A stretch of 54,882 bases of DNA, the filler included, from Jimgerdemannia flammicorona (taxonomy: Eukaryota), in NCBI GenBank assembly GCA_003990765.1. It is 2 parts of 2 records of this genome, joined end to end, with 100 filler letters (N's around TTAATTAATTAA, not from the genome) between each part and the next. Parts side by side here need not be neighbours in the genome. Positions count along the whole stretch, not along the records: positions 27,498 to 54,882 come from RBNJ01000633.1; 1 more part is not named here. One strand, written 5' to 3'. Each line of letters begins with the position of its first letter. Position 1 is the first letter of the stretch. Below the pieces are notes generated by a model that did not search any database, had not been told where the DNA came from, and worked only from the letters and a program-made list of their open reading frames with translations. Below, piece after piece: positions 49,162 to 54,882 of the stretch. The position numbers and the translations under genes were made by a program.

Positions 49162-50617
49162 GTGTGTTCTGAGAGGGCAGAAGAGGGTGTTGCGACAGGA
49201 TTTGAGAGTGTCGCGGAGGAAGTGCCTTTTCTTGGCGGAATAAACGGAGTCGGTGAGATCGTCTGTGGGGTTGAGAGTGTTTGAAGATGTTTAAGCTTTT
49301 GATGAGCAGGAGTTTGACGAGAGGGAGTATTAATGGTTGATTGATGAGGGGATGGATCGATGGATCGATGGGGAAGAGGTATAGTGAATAAAAGAAGGAT
49401 GTGGGGGAAATGATGTTGAAAATTAAAGAAACGGCCAAGCGGCGCGATTGCATGAAATCTGGTTGTGCTCCTCGTAATCGATCCAACGACTCGAGTTGAT
49501 CTTGCCTTTTCCCGATGATTTCACGCACAAGTATCTCACCCACAATCGAGGCTAATTATTTTTGCATATTGAATCATGAAGTCTGAGTTTCGGTACTCCT
49601 CTGCAACGTTCGCACATCAAACCAGATCCATTCCCTTTGATCCAGCTGGTACATTTTTTTTTTTTTTTTTTAAGGGAGCCCAGACTTAGCATTCACTGTT
49701 TAGAAATATGTCGAACATTTCTTGACGATGGCATTCCCTATTCAGCGTTACAATCTCGATGAATGGAATACATTGGTCGTGCTCATCTTATTCTTGTCAC
49801 CATTTTTTGCATATAACACTGGCACTCTATACTAGTCCGTTGTCCAACCCTTACTCATTTTTTAACCGCATGCTGACCTTGCGACCATCCTCACCATGCC
49901 ACATTGCTTTCATGTCAATGCTGCAGTCCATCGCCTCCTTGATACACACATACACGTAGATCCCGAATCCTCTGGTAGAACATTGTGTTATTAAATAAAG
50001 AGAATAAATGCGAAGTCGGTGTATCAACCCAACCTCGCTGAGTTAGATATTGTATATTTCTCCAACACCAAAGTTAGTCATATAATAATAGCAATTGATA
50101 TCATACCTTATATTATCCAGATCGTATCCATATAATTAACAAAAGCACAAATAATAAATCCCAAAATGGCGGCTATTGGTATGCGCATGTATGTGTGTCC
50201 GAGGAGATGGAGCAGCAACAATTAACATGACGGGATGAAGCCTGGAAAGAGATGGCTGCATCAGCACTTTTTACAACATCAGTATGCAGCAGGTAAGAGG
50301 GAGGGGGGCTGACAGGCATCTGTGTAGATTACAAGTGTTTCAATATATATATATATATATAAGTGATATATAATAAATAAAAGTTGAAAATATTGTAAAA
50401 CATTAGATAAATTACAAAACTCAGATATAATTTATATTAAATTATAGAAAGAAAAACAAAATTAAGAATAATATTTTAAATATATAATAGTTTAAGATAT
50501 TAGTATTATCAATGAGATTAAAATAATAAAAAAGTAAGTAAACTAAAGTAGTAATAAGATACTTAAAGAGAAATTTATTAAGATTGTAATTTTTCTAATA
50601 GATAAGTCTACTAAATA

Positions 50618-51473
50618 CTATCCCTTAGATGGTATATGGGAACGTCTTTTAAGCAGTGATTTTTTAATTGAAAAAATCTGATTTTTTTAAGTTTGCATTT
50701 TCTGTTAGAAATATAACTCAATTCATCTAAATTCAAAATTTTATTTTTATATAAAATTTTACCCAAAGGTAAAAAAATATATAAAAAATCAATAATTTAA
50801 ATATTTTTGAAAAGTTATTATTATTTTCAGACTTATGAATTTTCAAAAATTTGCAGCCATATTTGGCTGCATTACTATCTAAAGAATAAGTACATAATAA
50901 TCTAATATCAGAGCTAAAGATAATTACTGATCAAAATAAAAATATAATAAGAATATATAATTTAAAAATCTTATCAGTCTTTTTATAGATAATAATTATA
51001 AATACCTATTATTATAAAAGTTAATATTATTGATAATTATATTATAAGTATTTTACTTTAGAATAAAATAATAGATCTTATTATATACTTTTTATTTTTT
51101 GATTAATATTTTTGGATATTATTCAATATATATATTTAATATCTATATTAATTACTTACTAATAATATAATATAATATTTTTAATCTTTATTTTAACTTT
51201 ACTCTATCCTTTAGATGGTAATGCAGCCAAATATGGTTGCAAATTTTTGAAAATTCATAAGTCTGAAAATAATAATAACTTTTCAAAAATATTTAAATTA
51301 TTGATTTTTTATATATTTTTTTATCTTTGGGTAAAATTTTATATAAAAATAAAATTTTAAATTTAGATGAATTGAGTTATATTTCTAACAGAAAATGCAA
51401 ACTTGAAAAAATCAGATTTTTTCAATTAAAAAATCACTGCTTAAAAGACGTTCCCATATCATCTAAGGGATAG
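50618..51473. mobile_element. 856-bp non-autonomous foldback DNA element with about 270-bp near-perfect terminal inverted repeats
   Basis: 50618-50889 is the reverse complement of 51204-51473 with 7 substitutions and one small indel. Flanks ctactaaata / ctactgaatt are a candidate 9-10-bp TSD. Confidence 0.8.
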
Positions 51474-51574
51474 CTACTGAATTTAATAGAAAATATAGAC
51501 TATTATATATATCTATTTAATATAATTCAAAATAATTTCAAGATAAATTTTAGTTTTAAATATATAGTAAAGAT

Positions 51575-51863
51575 TAGTGCTCTTAAATGAATTAAATTAA
51601 TTCAAATTGAATTGAGGTCTAATTTGATTTAATTTGAAATATTTATCTCAAATTCAAAATATAATAACTCAATAAAATTTAATATTCTTTATTGTATATA
51701 CTAGATTCTTTGTCATAAGGTATATTGAACAAGCTAAAATTTATTAAATTTATTTATATTTTTGGTCAAGTTATTAAATTTTGAAAAATTAGATTTAAAT
51801 TGGACTTTAAATTAAATTGAATTAGAGGCAAATTTGATTTAATTTGATTTGTTTCAAGCATTA
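51575..51863. mobile_element. 289-bp MITE with 8-bp target-site duplication (hAT-like)
   Basis: Exact direct repeat GTAAAGAT at 51567-51574 and 51864-51871. Ends TAGTGCTC... / ...AAGCATTA. Internally quasi-palindromic, with a related copy at 27058. Confidence 0.75.
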
Positions 51864-52682
51864 GTAAAGATTTTTTAAGATAATCTCATATTTAGTTTTG
51901 ATCTTACAGATATATAATATAGTAATAGTATATAACTTATTATCTTTAAATTATAATTTATAAGATACTTTGATAGATTATATATTAATATAAATAATCT
52001 TCTTATATTTTTATCAAAAAAAATACTTCAGAAACTAATAAAATATATTTTATAGCAAATATACAAAATTAAACTTTATTTTATCTTAGCTATATTATAT
52101 TAATTTTGATCTTACTGATATTTAAAGAACTGTAACTGAAGCAAAAATATATAAATATCATTAAAATGATTATCTGTTACTATTGTTGAATATTACAAAA
52201 CTACAATTATACTCTTACTCTTTTCTTATCAGAGTCAACCAGTTACTATTCATATAACTCATCTCTGTCAATCTATTCAGATTTTCAGCCCATCTTTAGA
52301 GAATTAACATATTTAATCTCATGGCTTTTACAATCTCTGTCTTTACTTTTAGTAATCACTGACCACTAGTATGGTGCACAAAGCATTTGAAATGTGTTAT
52401 CTATACAATTTTTTTTTTTTTAAAAAAAAAAATAAATAAATAAAAAATAGAGGTTAAGAATTTATAAAATAAAACATGGAACAATGAAACAGTTGACAAG
52501 CGTCCCGAACACCCTAAAACAGCTATCACGTCATATGTTTGGTAATGCCAACGGATTTCAATGCAGCTTTGGCAGGTGCTTGGGTTAAACTACGTTGGTG
52601 ACAACGACGTTTGTGTGGCTTGTCACACACTGGGGTTGGTGGGATTTCGGGGCCGATAGGGAAGGCGCAACGCCCACATCTG

Positions 52683-52769
52683 CGAAGTATATGTAAATTG
52701 CTGTTCTACAGTATCAAGCCCGTCTGTGTTTTTGACGGTGGCGCCCCAACCCTCAAGAGGACGACCATA
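52683..52769 (+). pseudogene. Isolated exon fragment of an XPG/Rad2 nuclease N-domain
   Basis: 'RSICKLLFYSIKPVCVFDGGAPTLKRTTI' followed by a GTGAGT donor. No other Rad2 motifs recognisable nearby. Confidence 0.7.
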
Positions 52770-54882
52770 GTGAGTACGATCTCGACTTCAGATCGAAGCG
52801 CGAACACCCGACCGCCATATACGCCTGGCAGCAAGTGTTGGAATCTAACGTGGACAAATGTGCATATGGGACTCTGACGTGGCTCTGGTTGCCCTAGGCG
52901 AAGTTTGTAATGGTCACGAATGCGGGTAAGATTGTAGACGTGCTAGTGATGTTGTGGAATGAAGGGTTGGGAAGTGTGTTTCACAGTAAACAAACGCGCA
53001 CTGGCATCTATGAGAATTCATCCCAGGTATACCAGACCCGACATGTGCAGCGGGCTGAACAAGAGTTACAAATGGTGGAAAATGAGCAACAGGCGCCGAA
53101 TCGGGAGCGACAAACAGAAAACGAGACACCCGTGGAAGGCGAGCAACGTATGGAGGAACGCGCGCAAGGAGTGGAAAGCGAGCAACTGGCGCGGACACGA
53201 CGAGTGGATCATGAACAGTGCCAGATACATTCTGCCACGATATTGATGAGCAACAGACACTTTTTATACATACTCCAACACGATTGCCATTGTCGTTTAA
53301 TGAGCACTGAACCCGACGAAATAATATCAAGAGCAATAAACCAAGTATTGGTCAACAGTCAAGTCAATGTTGCAAATGATTTAAGGATTAAATTTATTTA
53401 TCTATTTATTTGCCTCAGGCAAAAAGAAAAAGATAATAAAAGCAGGTCATGGAGACCTCTAACGGCATGCAACATTTCTGTTCCTAAGCATGCGGGAAAA
53501 CTACGAGCAGGAAATAAAACCGCAAAGACCTATGACTTTCGAGGTATGTGTGGAAGGGGACCGCATAGTTCTGCGTCTGTCCAGTCGCTGGCTGGGGGAT
53601 GTGCAAGTTGGCTGGGGGGTGGGGGAGGGGTGGCAAGTAGATGGACGTCGATTCGGTCGGGATTAATGGTTCGAGGTTGAGATGTTGGAATGTGGATACC
53701 GTTTCATGGCCCTTGGGAAATAATGAGACATAAATCCTAATTTCCCTGGTTACGAATCGATATCACGCAAGCCATACGAACGATGGACGGGTCGATCCTT
53801 ACATCGCGCCAACGATCCCAACTATCCTTACTCCCTGGGCGGAGCCGTTTCGAGAATGCCGAGGAGAGAATCTCGGAATTTGGTAGCGATATAGCGCCCA
53901 CATGTACCACGAGCTCCGGTAGCCAGATTGGTGAGGTGCCCCCATCACAGTGTAAATAATGGAGAGAGACGAAAAAATATATAATAATAATTAAAAATTC
54001 AAGTTGATCTTGAAAACTACGGGTTCCGTCTCGTTGGACCGATTGATGGTCATATTCTTTACCAGTGGCAACACAGGCCATTTGCAAAGGGGTAAGGGCA
54101 ACAAAACGAACTTGCAACAATTGGGAGGAGGATTGCAAAGGGTAAACCGAAACTACGTCGGGAACAAGAACATTTAGGCTACATGTATCGAGGGAAGATC
54201 TGAAATTAAGGACACTAGAGCATAATAAAGAATGTAGAGTATCCTAGTCAAAGTGACGACGAGAAAAAGGAGACAGGGATTACAAGTCATTAGAAGAAGA
54301 AACCGATTAAAAGAGAGAGAGAAAGACGAAAAGAAATGTCTTGTGTATTTTTTTTTGTACAGCTATTAGGAGTGCTCAAAAAGCATAAAAGCAAAAATAG
54401 ACAAAAGAACGAAATGAAAGAAAGAAATGGGAAATTTTTTTTTCACAAAACAAGCAAAGAAAAAGCATAGATGTAACCGCCACAAATCTCCTCGCCGCCT
54501 TGAAACTATATGAAAGGGACGACACAACAGATACCATTTGATACCAATGTTCCATGCAAACAGCCATCCAATCTAAACATGCGCATACTACGTTCGCTAA
54601 ATGGTCGACCAACGCTGTACCATTTTGCACATTGCTCCGTAGAAGATTATGAGGAGGTGGAGCACGAGTGGCAGAGCGTCACGTCCGGCCTAGGTTGGGA
54701 GGCGAGGACATGAGTCGGAAAGGAATGAGGGCGAGGTTTTGAAATCGTTTTTTATTTTATATTTTTTGTGAATATATAATTGGTTGGTTCTCCCATGTTT
54801 CTGTTGTCCCATGTCCGCGTGACCGTGCCACCCATCCCCCCTGACTTAGGAACCCCCCTTTTTTGATTGCACCCTGAAAAAA

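Noticed and set aside
53737..54713. ORFs near the window end
   Set aside because: No consistent strand, splice model or motif identified.
1..54882. tRNA, rRNA or structured ncRNA genes; bacterial endosymbiont DNA
   Set aside because: None recognisable by eye (tRNAscan-SE/Infernal not run). The bacterial-looking genes carry spliceosomal introns, so they are nuclear.

Overview
Intron-rich eukaryotic DNA, fungal by gene content. An early-diverging Mucoromycota-like lineage is my inference from gene structure and repertoire, and I have not verified it. An artificial 100-nt linker (44 N + TTAATTAATTAA + 44 N, 27398-27497) splits the window into two pieces whose true adjacency is unproven. The left piece (1-27397) is a compact housekeeping block: Prp5/DDX46 (5' part), PITH-domain protein, GTPBP1-like GTPase, membrane GT2 glycosyltransferase, Set9, probable Med16, Gpi16/PIG-T, a PTTG1IP-like PSI membrane protein and a decayed DUF1295 gene running into AT-rich repeat DNA. 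The right piece (27498-54882) is accessory-like: FunK1 kinase pseudogene, DOMON + copper type II (DBH/MOXD1-like) monooxygenase, two tandem atypical Arf-family GTPase fusion genes, a bacterial-style spondin-domain secreted protein, an orphan, a 2OG-Fe(II) oxygenase, AT-rich islands with foldback/MITE elements, and an isolated XPG/Rad2 exon. The best candidate for an undescribed system is the tandem Arf pair (35644-40356). Both genes lack the myristoylation Gly2 and are fused to an uncharacterised helical domain. One has Gln-to-Cys at the catalytic switch II position and two domain copies. The other has a destroyed G3 motif and only the degenerate domain copy. All gene models were read by eye, so exon boundaries are approximate unless stated.
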